This document shows, piece after piece, positions 12,114-26,460 of a stretch of DNA of 64,000 nt. Both the position numbers and the translations under genes were made by a program. The stretch's first letter is position 1; the number at the start of each line of letters is the position of its first letter. The notes beneath the pieces were generated by a model. It made no database searches. It worked only from the letters and a program-made list of their open reading frames with translations, and was not told where the DNA came from. This DNA is from Chiloscyllium plagiosum (taxonomy: Eukaryota). The stretch is from the NCBI RefSeq assembly GCF_004010195.1, contig NC_057718.1:40192101-40256100 (forward strand), read 5' to 3'.

Positions 12114-14719
12114 ACAATTATACGAAGGTTAAATCCACACTTTGGGAACACAACTTATGTCTCTACTTTCTAAAATATATAAAGTAGAGATCTGAATTTA
12201 TTCCACTATAACAGTTCAAATGAACTTCTGTTCTTTTGCATTTTAAAAAAAACATGTTTGTAACTATTATTCCAACTACCTTGCAACGTGTTATTACAAA
12301 TATGTACTTCACAGTAATAAAACATGTAAACCAAAATTTTGCTTTTTGAATAATTCTCACAATAAATATGCAGCTAATATGATAAAGGGTATAACTTCCA
12401 AACTTGCAGATCAAGATTTTTCTTCAAAAAGGATTTGGAATAATGTCTCATTCTTCATGTTTCATATTTTAGCAATCTTGGACAGACAAGTATTTGAACA
12501 TATGCAAAATACAATTTTAAAAAGTACTATTTAAGTAGCAACTACACATATCAAAATTTACTGAAACTATAAAGTTAATATATCACTACTACACTTTCCA
12601 AAATGGTTGGTTTCTGTGCAAGTAATATTTTTGCTTCACTTTTAAATTGAATTAATTATTTTTCAAGTTCCAAATTTGTCCTGCTCACTTATGGAACAGT
12701 AATGAAAGCTTCTGAAAAATGGCTCATCTGTTTTGGCTCTAAAAGTACACTAGAGAACTTAAATAATGCTAAAAAGAGATATTTTGCTTTGTATTCAGTA
12801 GGACAAATGTAAAAATGCCAAATTTCAAACAATTTGTATTGCAGGATAACTGCAAAGTGCTGAATAGTTGGAAAGTTAACGATGATTGATTAAGGTGTTG
12901 ACATGGAGGAAGCAGTGGGATACTTTAGGGTCCACAAGCTCCTGAGTATTTCAAAAACGACACAGGTTTGAACATATTCTTCATATTGGCAGAGAACAGG
13001 TCCCTTTGTACAAACCTATGTCACTTCTCGCAAGTATAATTGAGCAATTTTACAAATAGGATTGAATATCCAGGACTGGCTGTCACTAGCTGACTCGAGA
13101 ACTTATAAGTCAGGTTGCTCACAAACATTTCCAAATTTCAGCTGAAAATTCATAATTAAGGATGGTTCCTGCATCTGGTACCACCTAACAATGAAGTTTG
13201 CCACAAGGGCTATTATAGTTCAAAGATAAAATTCATATAATGAGGTGTGGCTTCATGTCACTGGAGGAAATGTCACCACTTTAAGTTGCGGGACACTGCT
13301 GAGTTTCCTTGCTGAGTAATCTCCAATAATACAATCCATCGAAAGCCCTTTAGTAGTCACAAGGAATTAAGATACATTTAGGTGGTATAATAGCCTTGCA
13401 CATTGAAAGTGACAAATAATCAGTTTTTACAAAGATATTTTAAGACATGACTTTATCTAAACTGAACATTTAGAAGAAAAACAGCATATTAGTTAAATAT
13501 CTTAAAATCACTACCAAATCTATTGAAATCTTACAATACAATGACAAATTTCCTCATTTTACATCTTTACTGAGAACATTTGCCAGGAATTCTCAAGTCT
13601 AGAAATCAAAATAATGAATAGTATGATTTTCAAGAGCAAGTTTTATTTGACCAATCTCTGATTTATTTGAAGAGGTAACAGAACAGACAAGGGTAGAATA
13701 GCAGATTCAATTCATCTGGAATTTCAGAGGGCCTTGCATAAAATATTAGATAAAACACTAATGGACAAGATCAGAGCAAGTGGAAACACGGAACAAACAA
13801 ATTGTTAGCTAGTTGGTTGCAGGCAAAAAGCAGACAGTAGAAGCAAAGGATAGCTGTTCAGAAGATAGATGCGCACCACAAGGATCAGTGCTCATCAAGG
13901 CAAGTGTTGCTGTGAAGAGCAGAGGACAGTTTTGTGTTAAAACCAATAAAATGCTTACAAAAATACTCAAAAATAAAAATGAGGTGAGACGTTTGGAGCT
14001 TTAAGGTACAAGGATTGCCATCGGGCCTTCCTGAAATATTCGGATAAAGTGGAATGATTTTTAAGCTCACACGAGGTTTTAACTTAACACGGCTGGATGA
14101 AAGGAGTCTACTAAAAACCTGGAGTAATTTTGAGCTTTTCCTGTAATGATTCACGTCTGCCAGAAGAATGGTGCGAGCAAAAGGGGTTGCAGATCCCCTC
14201 AATAACATGTATTCCTGAAATGAAGGCATAGTCAAAGGGAATGGTTTTGGGAAGGTATACAGATTGGTACTGAAACAAGGAAAGAAGTTACAAGGTACAT
14301 GGGCTTGATGTTGGTCAAGCATCTGTTCATAAACGATTAAAGAATAAATATCAGACATGTTGGAGTAAAAGATGCTGTGCACAGAGTCATGAAAGTTAGA
14401 TAAGAATAACTATGGAAGAACAAGTGAGGCAATGATGATATCTGAAGACAAGGCTAAGGATTTAAACACTATTTCTTTCCCACAAAGAGAACCAGTGGAG
14501 ATTTGCAGAATTCTGAAGTCATTAATTACGTACATAACGGTTATAAATGCAAAGGTTGTACTGTGTAGCCCAATAAAGTTATTTTTTCCATTGCATGTCA
14601 AGGATTTCTTGAATGTAGATCCTTGCTAGACAGCAGAAGATAGACTGATGAGGTAGTTAATTTTAAAAAACATGACAGCTAATTACAGGTCAATTGCAAT
14701 ATCATCTGTCAGAAATAAT

Positions 14720-15029
14720 ATAAATAAGGAAGATGGCGCCAATTTTCAGGATTAAGTGAGAAAGATTTACAAGTAACTAGCACACATTTCATAAACAAAA
14801 ACAGATGTTGCTGGAAAAGCTCAACAGGTCTGGCAGCTTCTGTGAAGGGAAATCAGATCTGGGGAAGGGTCACCGGACCCAAAACGTTAACACTGATTTC
14901 TCTTCACAGATGCTGCCAGACCTGTTAAGCTTTTCCAGCAACATCTGTTTCTGTTTATGAAATGTGTGCTAGTTACTTGTAAATCTTTCTCACTTAATCC
15001 TGAAAATTAGCACTATCTTCCTTATTTAT
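14720..15029. repeat. 310-bp inverted repeat centred on a Penelope-like terminus
   Basis: 137-bp arms 14720-14856 / 14893-15029 with 7 mismatches by my count; loop holds CTGGGGA-A-GGGTC-ACCG-GACCC-AAAACGTT. Confidence 0.9.
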
Positions 15030-16056
15030 TGGGGTTTTTTTAGTTCTTATTTAATAAACACTTCAAATCGAATGATAAGAGCTCAAAAACCTCAGAATTC
15101 ATGGAAAAGGTCAGCAAACCCAATACGTAGAGGATTTGCAATGCAGAAAGGATGTTGGGACTTTGGAAAAGCTTTTGACAAAAATATTACAGGGCACAAT
15201 TAAGGGAATTGAAAAGTGGGCTAAAAACTGGTTAGATAAAAGTAAGAGTAGGAGATAAAAACAAAAACAAATTTCTGCAGAAGCTGGGATTCTGAAATAA
15301 AACCAGAAATGACCTAAAATACTCAGCAGGTCCCTGCCAGTTACAAAGAGTGTTTAAAGAATGGTAGGAAGTAAATAATGCCGATTCAAACTGTTCAATT
15401 CCTGGTATTGTGCTGCTCAGCTGGAATTATTTGCTTGAAGGCTAAATAGCAAAATGGACTGTTTGGTCTGAATAGCTTATATGTGTCGTGATTTCTATAT
15501 ATTTTTGTTCACTGACAAAGCTAGAAACTGTGACCTTAGAGAAAAGTTAAAGAGTGTTCATGATAGTTATAATTTGTATCTGCAATCACAGCCCACAAGA
15601 CAGAAATTTCAAGAACAAATCTGCAAACAATTTAATATAGAGGTAAATAAACTTATGAAGTTTTTCTAAATTCAAAACTTTTAATGTATCTCAAAGGATT
15701 AGAGAATGCATTTCCCAATTAACCAAACCCAATGACCTCCACTTTTTTCCATAGCCACGTAGAATGTTAGTCATGACAAAGAGCGGATTGCACGATGACT
15801 GATCAAAGTCCCACAAAAGCAATCCAACAGCGTCCATGTATTAATGCACAGACAGATCTCGGTTAGATAACAAGATTACCTGTCCAATTGTAACATTTCA
15901 AAGCTTAGATTACCTTGTAATAATGTTTCCACTTTTGATTTGTTTTAACATGTCAGAATGCCATGGTGCTTCACATAACACATTAACTTTTGAACAGCAA
16001 TGAGGGTCATATAGGCACATGCACTTAACAAGTGAAAACAAGAACGATGGATTTGA

Positions 16057-16164
16057 AAATCAGAAACCAAAACAGAAATTGCTGGAAAGACTCAGAAGGT
16101 CTGGCAGCATCTGTGAAGAGAAATCAGAGTTAACATATCAGTTCCAGGGACCCTTCTTCAGAAC
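16057..16164 (-). mobile_element. Penelope-like terminal remnant with decayed hammerhead
   Basis: Minus strand GTT-CTGAAGA-A-GGGTC-CCTG-GAACT-GATATGTT-AAC plus the shared GATGCTGCCAGACC tail. Confidence 0.65.
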
Positions 16165-17187
16165 GGTTTGGAAAACTGTTGGCAGCAGGTGAAGTGTTAC
16201 ACCTACACAACAGAGTAAAATTGTCTTAAGTATTAACTTCAGAAGAACATTCATCTACATTTCCATTAGCAAACTTTCCTTTATTTCATATTATTAGTCC
16301 TTAACACGACTAAGTCCAAGAGAGGGATGAGAAACAGAAAAATAATTGGACCAGTTTAAAACAGAGATGTGTATAACAAATACAAGACATGGCAGTGAAA
16401 GGTTATCTGAATAATGGAAGTCAGAAAGATTTTAAAGTCAAGTCTGAAGCTATTTTCTGTAATGAGAACACAGGAGTTCCAACGTTAACATGGAGATTGA
16501 ATGAATGAGTAGTTTTAAAGAAAAAAAAGAGATCATCCAACTAAGTTCATGAATATTTTTATGGAAGAAACTGTAATTAATTCGACAGGCTTGCTACATC
16601 TCAAAGATGTTATGTTTCCACGATGACAAAACTTGAGTTTTTTTCTGCATTTGGAGTCAGGATAAATAAAGTCCAATATGAATCTAACACACCTCTGATT
16701 TATGGCATAGTGTGTCATTTTGTATTGCAAATGCAAACCTTCTCATTAAAAACAAATTCAGTTGTGAAATTTGAGATTGGAAAGTCTGATAACTTTTGTT
16801 TACCTATGGTGTGAAGAGATTTGTTTGCTCCTATCCATTGTTCTTTAAGTAACTACATAAAGGCAGAACATCTCACACGTTTTGTACATTCATTCATTTA
16901 ACTGCATCTATAAACATTACTTTTTTGAAGGATTTCTGCTAGATTTTGCACTGAACTTTGACATGATTCAATAAATTTTAACTGGAGAATTCTATTTTGT
17001 CATTTGTGATTTTTCAAATAGCTGATTGAAATTTGAGTCAACATATCTGCTACGGGGATGTCCCATCCCTGTTTAGTCCACCCAATCTAGTACATTGCCT
17101 GTTTCAAACCCCCTGTGAACAACTCAACTGAAGAGAAATTCATAGAACAGAAACAGACAAAAATAGCTAATCTACAATGTATTCTTT

Positions 17188-17424
17188 ACATTTACCTCGA
17201 CTAATGCATCTAACCCACACATTCCTGAACACTATGGACAATTTTGCATGGCCAATTCACCTAACGTGCAGATATTTTTGGATCATGGGAGGAAACCAGC
17301 GCACCCGGAGGAAACACATGTAGACAGAAGGTGCAAACACCACACAGTCGCAAGAGGCGGAATCGAACCTAGGTCCCTGGTACTGTAAGGCAGCAGTGCG
17401 AACCAATGAGCCACCATGCTGCCC
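17188..17424 (-). mobile_element. HE1-like SINE, 3' truncated
   Basis: Same head and body as 3164-3490. Confidence 0.8.
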
Positions 17425-17956
17425 ATGTAGTTCTTTGTTTGAATAATCAAGTTTAGAAATACCAAAGGCAAGAATAAGACATTAAGAGGAAACTTGTGGA
17501 TAGGGTTTATTTACATTTCTGCAAGATATGTAACAATGTGCCACACCAGAAGTTAAATGCACAAAATGGTGTTGAAAGCAACAGATTAGAATGGATAGAG
17601 GATTGGCTAGCTGATAGGAAACAGAGACGGCACAACAGAATCATTTAGGGTTTGTGGGATGTAATGTGTGGAAATGCTGCAGGGATAGGGGTTGGGGCCT
17701 CAACTATTTATAATCTACAACAGTAAGAAGGGACAGAATGTATGGTTGTTACATTTGCAGAAGTCACAAAGATAGGTAGCAAGTAATTTGTGAAGACACA
17801 AGGTGACTGAAAAGGTACAGATTAGGTGAGTAGGCAAAAATATTGGCAGATGATGCATGTGGGAAAATGTGAATTTGTCTACTTTAGCAGGAAGAATGGA
17901 AACACAGCATATTATTAATAGAGAGAAATTGCAGAACTCCAAGATACAAAGTGCCT

Positions 17957-19387
17957 TCTTATTAACCTGTTGTTTATGGATAAGATGAGGACAGTTATGG
18001 ACCACTGCCGGAACTCCATTGTCATTAGTACAGTCAAGGCCTGGAGGGTAATGTGTCAGAGTGAGGGTTGCTTATGCAAGACTTCTCCGCTTACGCCTAT
18101 AGTTGGCATGCCAGGGTTCCGACCAGGGATGATGGACTCAGGGTTCAAACTATGGGCAGGGAGAGGAGTTTCTAGTTTGGGAGACTTGTTCAAAGGAGAG
18201 GTTATGATGTCTTTTGAGCAACTGAGCCACAAATATGGGTTGCCCAGCAGAGACCTTTTCCATTTTTTTCAGATTAGGGATTTCATCCAGAAGAAGACTA
18301 TGCTTCTCACTAAGCCCTATAAGCCTGATATAGAGAGGTAGTTGCTACGTTCGACAAGCACCCTTTCGGTTAATGCCCTCTATCTCCTGCTGGGTGGCAG
18401 GGCCTGGCAGGATATTAACTGGTTATGTGAGATTTGGGAGAAAGAGCTAGGAGTGAAGATCTCTTCTGAAACATGGGAGAACGCTCGAAAGATCTCAATC
18501 TGTAATAGGACATGCGCTATGGAGTTAAAAGTTCTGCATAGGATTCTTCTGGCACCAGACCATCTGGCAAAGTTTAAAAAAGGGGCATCTTCAGTGTGCC
18601 CCAAATAAGTGTAGGTACTCTTACCCATTGCTTCTGGACATGCCACAGGCTCCATATGTATTGGGGTGCTGTGGCGGGTGAGATAGGGAGGGTATTGAGG
18701 GCTGAAGTCAAAGTAGACCCGATATCTCTCCTCTTAGGTCTACTGGATTTACCATCTTTAGACAGGAGAAACTATTTAATATTCTTGCATACTGTGCACG
18801 GAAGAATATTCTGATGAACTGGGTGTCTGACAAGCCGTCGGGCTTGCTGGGATGGCAGAAATTAATTATGGAACACATTCCCTTGGACTTTTATTTACAA
18901 ACCTGGTGCACCACAGAACAGACCATTTTTATAAAACATGGCAGCCCTACTTGAGTTATTTGGATATAGATTTGTCAGTTATCTTAACTAGGGCATTTGT
19001 TTAACCAGGATGGTTAGGTTTGTCAAGCCCTGGGCCCTGAGGGGGTCTTCTGAGTTAATACGGGTGTATATATCTATATATCTATACTATGGTCCTGTTC
19101 CTTTGTTTGGAAGCTTTGTGCCGAGCATAGCTGTTATGTATTCTGTGGTTTGTTTTTGCTTTTCCTTCATTTTTTTGATCTTCTAGTTATTTATTAGTGT
19201 TGCTTTGCACAGTGTTAGGGTTTGTTTTGTATTATAGGGTAGGTTAGTAGTTAGTAGACAGTAGTTGTATTGGAATTTGTGGTTTTTTCCCTTTTTATTA
19301 TACTGATATTTGTTATTGATTGTATTTTTCAATAATTTTGTTTGTAAAGTTAAAAAAATTTGCTAATAAATAGATTGACAAAAAAAG
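17957..19387 (+). mobile_element. L1/Tx1-clade LINE 3' fragment (ORF2 C-terminus with CCHC knuckle, T-rich 3' UTR, AATAAA, short poly-A)
   Basis: KYGLPSRDLFHFFQIRDFI, WEKELG, KVLHR...CPK...GTLTHCFWTC; AATAAA near 19365 followed by an A-run. Confidence 0.75.
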
Positions 19388-21660
19388 TGTATAAGTCCTG
19401 CTAAGATTTGCAGCACCTGCTAAAATGCAGCACCTCACGTTTATCTAAATTAAACTCCATCTGCCACTTCTCAGCCCGTTGGCGCATCTGATCAAAATCC
19501 CATTGTAATCTGAGGTAACCTTCTTCGCTGTCCACTACACCTCCAATTTTGGTGTCATCTGCAAACTTACTAACTGTACCTCTTATGCGCACACCCAAAT
19601 CATTTATATGAATGAGGAAAAGTAGTGGACCCAGCACCGATCCTTGTGGCACTTCACGGGTCATAGGCTTCCAGTCTGAAAAACAACCCTGCACCACCAC
19701 CCTCTGTCTTCTATCTTTGAGTTAGTTCTGTATCCAAATGGCTAGTTCGCCCTGTCACTCCATGAGATCTAACCTTGCTAACCAGTCTTCCATGGGGAGC
19801 CTTGTTGAATGCCTTACTGAAGTCCATATAGATCATGTCCACCGTTCTGCCCTCGTCAATCCTCTTTGTCACTTCTTCAAAAAATTCATCTACTGAATTA
19901 TCAACGATCTTTTGAATTTCCACACTATCCTCACAGTTTACAAAGTTCCATGTTTGAATTGTCCACAAACTCTGAAGATGTCCCCTGGACACCAAGATCT
20001 AAAATGTTTACTTCCCAAGAAAAATAATAATATCGATCCGTTGGGAACTTCATCAGAAACTTTCTTCTAGTCTGATAATATTTATTAGTCATTATTTGCT
20101 GTTTCCAGTCACTCAATTTTGCTACTGTCCTTTTTATTGCATGAGCTCTGACTTTGCTCACTAGTCTGTTGACACAATACAATAACCGAACACCTCTGCA
20201 AGTCCACATACACCTCATCAACAGTATTTTCATCAATACTGTCTGTTACCTCTTCAAAAGAAATTCCAACAAATCAGTTAAACATGACTTTCCCCAAAGA
20301 AATCCATGCATGCACTCTTTAATCAACCCACACTCATCCATGTTACTGTTAATTCTACGTTGAGCTATTGTTTCTAGTTTTTCCACCAAAGGTTAATCTG
20401 ACTGATCTATAAATGCTGGGCTTATCCTTGCACTCTTCTTTATATTAGGTATAATGTTTGCAATTTTCCAATCCTCAGTCCAAAGGAAGACTGAAAAAAG
20501 TAATCAGAACCTCAACAATTTCCATTCTCACTTCCTTCAGCATCCTTTGATGCATCTCATGCAATCAGTGCCATGTCAACTTTAAGCATCAACTGTTTAT
20601 CCAATACCCCTCCTCATCAATTTTGAACACCTCTGGTAAATAAATTTTCATACTTCCATGGTCTCAGTAAAGAGGAAACAAAGTAGTCATTTAATACCTC
20701 AGCATCCACATGAAATTGTCTTTTTCAGATCCTTAATAGGCTTCACTTCTTTTACCAATCTTTTACGGAGGACGACTTTGGGATTCCCTTTAGTGTTTGC
20801 TGCCAATCTCTTTTCATTCTCGGTCTTTGGTAGTCTGGCTCTTATCGTGTTTTCTACCCGATATCTGTCAGAAGCACATCTTTTTGCTATCTTTTGTTTT
20901 AATTTCTGTATCTGCTTGCCATTCCTGGGAGTTCTGCATTTGTGTGCCCTATCTTTCCCTTTTCAGGGATATGCCTTGAATCGGATAGAACCATCAATCT
21001 TTGAAGGCAGCTCATTGTTTAGCTGTTTGGTCCCAGTCTAATCGGCCCAGTTCCATCATCTCATTGAAGTCAGCACTCCCCCAGTTAATTATTCTCACGC
21101 TGATTGTTCATTGTTCCTTTCCTCCATCATCCTAAACCTTATGACACAATGATCACTGATTCTTAAATGCTCCCTCACTGACAAAATGATCTACTTGGCC
21201 CACCTCATTCCCAAGAACCAAGTCTAGCAATGCCACCTGGCTCATTAAAATGGATACATTACTGTACAAAATTCTACTGAACACAATCTAGGAATTCCTC
21301 CCCTTCTTTAGTCTTTAAATTATACAAATGTAAACTGGAATGGTTGGAGTGTAAAATTCCAAATCATAACTATTCTACAATGTTTGCACTTCACTGTAAT
21401 TTCCTTGCAGCTTTGTTCCTCTACACACCCTCGACTAGTTGGTGGCCTATAGAGTATGCCAGGTAATCCTTTTTTTAATTTAGATTTAGCCAAATAAATT
21501 CTGTCCTTGAAACCTTTAGACATGCTTTCTCCAATGCTTTTCTTAACCATAACCATCACCCCACCTCCTTTCTTCTTTTCCTACCTTCCCTGAACCCCTG
21601 TATATCAAGGAATATTGGCCACTGCGTCTTGCTCTTTCTTCAGCTAGGTCTCTGTTAAAG
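19388..21660 (-). mobile_element. CR1 RT fragments (younger piece about 19388-19888 joined to an older, decayed copy)
   Basis: YMDFSKAFNKAPHGRL, VPQGSVLGPLLFLIHINDL, SKFADDTK; boundaries approximate. Confidence 0.82.
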
Positions 21661-21689
21661 CAACATCATTATATGCAGCTACATCCAGT

Positions 21690-23290
21690 CAGAATGTTCA
21701 GATCCCATGAAAACAATCAACTCACTGGAGAGGGCAGCTCCACAAATATACCCATCGTTAAGCATGAGGTTGCCCAGCTCATGAATACTGAGTGTATGAT
21801 TTATCTTGGCTCATCCAGATGTAACCAGATAGACGCTAATCTTCAGCCAATACAAAGCACCAAACAATGCAAAGATTATGGGCCCTGATAACATTCCAGC
21901 AATGTTACTAAAGACATGCTCCAGAATCTGCTGTACCCAATACAGCTACAACACTGGCATTCCCTAACCAAATGGAAAATTGCCCAGGTATGCTCTGTAC
22001 AGAGAAAACAGGACAAATCCAACATAGCTAACTACCAAACCATCAGTCTACTCTTAATAATCAGTAAAGTAATGGAAGGTGTCATCAGCTATCAAGCAGT
22101 TTCTGCTCAGAATAACCTGCTCAGTGACACCCAGTTTGGGTTCTGCCAGAGCCACTGAGCTCCTGGCCTCATAATAGGCTCGGTTTAAATCTGGACAAAA
22201 TAGCTGAATTGCAGAAGGAAGGTAAAGTGACTGCCCTTGACATCAAAGGCACATTTGACCAAGCCTGGTATCAAAGAAGCCCTAGCAAAGCTGGAATCAA
22301 TGGAAATCAGGGCTAAGTTCTCTGCTCGTTAATGTCATACCTGGCAGGTAGGAAGATGATTGTGGTTTTTCGAGGTCAGTCATCTCAGCTCTGCAGGGAG
22401 TTCCTCAGGACGGTATTCTAGGCCCAACCATCTTCAGCTGCTTCCCTCCATCATAAGGTCAGAATTGGGAAGGCTTGCTGATGATTGCACAAATGTTCAG
22501 CACCAGTCACAACTCCTCAGATAATGAAGCAGTTCATGTATAAATGCAGCAAGACCTGGACAATATCTGGGCTGACAAGTAACATTTGTGTCACACAACT
22601 GCCAGACAATGACCATATTCTACCAGACAGAATAAACTTGACATCCAGTAGTGTTAGTATCACTGAATCTCTAACCATCAAAATCCTCAGGGTTGCCATT
22701 GAACAGAAACAAAACTGGACTAACCATATAAATACTGTGGCGACTAGAACTGATCAGAGGCTAGGAATCCTGCAGCAAGTGTCTCACCTCTTGACTCCTC
22801 AAAGCCTGACAACAATGTATAAGTCATTATGGTGATGGAATTATCCTCATTTGCCTAGCTAAGTCCAGCTCCAACATCACCAACCAGGGTAAAATAAGCA
22901 CACTTTATTAACACCACATCCCTTCACCATAAATGCTCAGTAGCAGCAATGTGTACCCTCTGTAGACGCTTTGCAGGGATTCACCTAAAACTTCTTAGAC
23001 AACACCTTCCAAAACTACAACCATTCCCACCTAAAAATACAAAGGCAGCAGCTTCCTGGGAACACCACCACCTGCATGCTCCCCTCTAAACTTCTCACTT
23101 TGAAAAATATCACTATTCCTTTAGTAACACAGGTTTAAATTCTCAAATTCCCTCCCTAGCAACATTATGAGTCTACCAACCAGCACATGGACTGCAGAAG
23201 TTCAAAAAGACAGCTCACCACCACCTTAAGAGCAACTAGGGATGGGCAATAAATATTGGTTCAGCCAGCGATAGCCACATTCCATGAATG
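21690..23290 (+). mobile_element. Degenerate CR1/L2-group LINE with 3' tail
   Basis: KWKIAQVCSVQRKQDKSNIANYQTISLL..ISKVMEG, QFGF; the same family recurs at 27750-30410(-), with tail fragments near 610-870 and 24755-24920. Confidence 0.75.
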
Positions 23291-24255
23291 AATACTTTTA
23301 TTAAAAAGAAATCCACATTCCATTCTGCATCTGTAACTCACTAATCATATTCACTATACTCTATACATTCATACACACAGAACCCAGTCATATACATAAC
23401 CTTGACTTAGTACTAGAACAGAGAAAGTGAAGTTAGATTAAAGGAGAAATTAAAGCATTCCATCTGCCTCTCTAGTATTTTGTGCACCTTAGTTAGTTAC
23501 CCTTTTCTGAGATGCTCTCCTGGTTCCCTCAACCCTGATTTAATTTAAACATTAACAAAGTACCCCACAAGAAAATCCATCCTGGCTCTGTTCAGGTGCA
23601 GTCCCTCTGGGTTTGTACAGGTGCCATCTCCTTCACATCCAGTCCCAATGTCCTAGGAACCTAAACTCCGATCTTTGGCATAATATTTCCAGCTAAGGGT
23701 TAAACTATTTTGTCTTCACATTTCTCATTTGCATGAAGTACTAGAAGGAATCCAGAGATTGTTACTTTTAAGGTGTTGCTCGCTAGTCTTCTAAATTAGC
23801 TTCCTAAATTCTGATTCTAGGACCACATCCCCTTTCTACCTATGCTGTTAGTACCAATATAGACCAATATATATGTTCTTTCTTTGCTGTGCACAATTGA
23901 CCATGAATGATGACACAGACTTAGCTATTGCTGCTCTCCTCTGAAGAGACTGGCGCATTTCTTTCCCTAAATGACTTAATGAACCAGATGATAATAGTCA
24001 TGCTCACCATTACTGATGGCCAGGTTTATAGTTGAGATTTATTAATTGAATTTAAATGCAATTAACTGCTATAGTGGGATTGGAACCTATGTCTTAGGCC
24101 TAATGATTACTCGTTCAATGATATTACCTCTATGCCACCATCTCCCCAAACATTCTAAAAGGCAAGGTAAACAAGTATAAATGTTCATGTTCCTACTTTT
24201 GTCGATTATTGCAAGCTGTCACAGAAACATATTTATGAATTTAAAAGCATCTTAC

Positions 24256-24416
24256 TTGTTTATAAGCGGCTCTGCAGTTTCTTTGTGATAGAAAACAGGA
24301 ATGGGTACCCCCCAGCACCGCTGTCTTGAAATGCACCAATATGTCCGCCTGTCCAACATGGCAAGCATACTGTTCATTGCTGAATGTGGAATCAGTTTTA
24401 CTTTCTTTAATAACTC
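24256..24416 (-). CDS. IARS2: IARS2 exon 12 (last exon found; gene continues beyond the left edge)
   Basis: [53 protein letters not shown]+AA|gtaaga; 161 nt; WCISRQRxWGVPIP motif. Confidence 0.97.
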
Positions 24417-26367
24417 CTAAAGCACAGGAACAAAACATCTTATTTTAGTACTAAGAATATTGACAAAATTGAAAATTACTCCATTAAAAAAAATCAAATG
24501 AAACAGAGAAAATGTCGAGTGATATCTTCAGTTCAAACAATACTTCTATTTTTATTTTAAAAAAAACACATTCCAGCTGTCAGCTTTCTCACCAATGCCT
24601 CAACATGGAAAGGCATTGGTCAGATTCTTACAACCGAAATAAAAATAAAACCGACAGTACTTCCCCAGCAGGTGCACTGTTGCATCTTGCTGATAGTCTT
24701 GGCACTGAACTTAACACAACATGGACTCAGGATCCTTACTCACTGGCACCTCACTAAATTATATTACTTCATTGTTACAGGATCAACATCCTGGAATGCT
24801 CTTCCATGCAATACTGTAGGTATACTTGCACATGACTGCCTGCAGCTCATGACTAAGTATTAAAAGGCATGAATGTGCAATAAACACTGGCATTGCCAGA
24901 GATGTTCAGATCCCATGAAAAGATAAATTTAAAAAGACAGCAGAAAAAAAAATAGAGTTTGTGCACTCAGTAATGCGTCATTTCTTTAGAAATAGCGTGA
25001 TTAAATAACCTCCTTGGCTCTGAAATCTGATTCCTTCAAAAGCTGAAGTTTTAGAGAATGTTTTAAAACTATTTCTTTATCTCCCTTTATCCCAGTTGCT
25101 CCTGATATTTATTTCATTTTCTTTTCTGATTCACATTTCTCTATGAATCCCATTTGAAACTTCCTGTTTTATATTCAGGTCTTAATGGAGATCCTTCATT
25201 CGGGATTACTGAAAAGCCTTGCTGCTTCTGTTATTGGTCACAAATGCCGGAGAGGTGCTGCACTGGGTCAGGTGCCAGATTACCGACCCACTCACTCAAA
25301 AAGTAATGAAAAAATGGTCAATAACTGCTCGAGGTGAGCACTCTTACTTTGCCACTGACTGCAAAATCCTGACACCATACTGCAAATTCTTTTACCTGTT
25401 GCGTAAATAGAAAAATGCCAATTTGTTGAGGTAGAACTAACTTTGCATGCTTACAAATAATGAAAAAGCATGGCTTTCTTGCTTTACAAATGAGAACAAA
25501 TCAGTCCATTATCTATTCCAATTCGCCTTTCAACATTTAATCTTTTTCTAATTCACATTAATACTTTTCATCACGGAACCAAAAAACATTAAATTGTTGA
25601 ATTTAATATATTTGTAAAAATACAACTGAATCTACATTACTCACACCTGACAGAGTGATATACCATTCTTCAAGGAAAGACCATGGGATATTGGAGCACA
25701 ACTCGGCCGTTCAGCCCATCGAGTCTGCTCTGCCATTTGATCATGGCTGATATGCCTCTCAACTTCATTCCCCTGCCTTCTCTTTTCAATCTTTGATCCC
25801 CTTACTAATGGAGAAATTATCTTTGACTATCTTAAATACATCAATGACTTGGACTCCACAGCCCTCTGCGGCAATGAGTTTCACAGAGTCATTCTGGCTG
25901 AAGAAATTCCTCCTCCTCTCATTTCTAAAGGGTTCTAAAGGGAAAACGATGTTAGATCAAATTTCAAAACAGCAGCGTCTCTTTAAAGCTACAAATTATA
26001 CAAGTATACCCTCACATTAAGGACAATTTCACTGCTGAAACAAAAGGATAAACCTGCAAATATACACCATGTCATTCAATAACTTCAATGGGAACAAATA
26101 GCAATAATGGGCTCAAGCTTTAAAACTAGAGAATTTAACAAGTTAATTTGCTTTCAAAGAATGATAACTGACTCAAACGTTTATCCAGCATTGTAGCGCT
26201 TGTTTATGATTTGGTGAAGAAATTTCAGAAAATGCAAAGAACTTACAAGTTTCAAATGGATGGCATGAAATACTTGATTCTATGCAATTTGTCATCTTTA
26301 ATTGCAATTGCGGTGAGCAACTGGAGCATACAAACACTTACATTTCTGTCAATTTAGTATTTTCTAC

Positions 26368-26460
26368 GTTCTGATGAAAGATCATTGGCTTGAAACATTT
26401 TGGTTCCCTCTCCACAGATGCTGGGAGATCTGCTATTTCCAATATTTGGTGTTTTTATTA
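26368..26460 (+). mobile_element. Old Penelope-like terminal remnant
   Basis: GTT-CTGATGA-AAGATCATTGGCTT-GAAAC followed by CTCTCCACAGATGCTG. Confidence 0.55.

Noticed and set aside
12250..12259. AAACATGTTT p53 half-site near the miRNA cluster
   Set aside because: Single half-site in AT-rich DNA; expected by chance.
13885..14382. 165-aa minus-strand ORF in IARS2 intron 12
   Set aside because: GTG start, no recognisable domain, does not resemble IARS2 exon 13; left unassigned pending BLAST.
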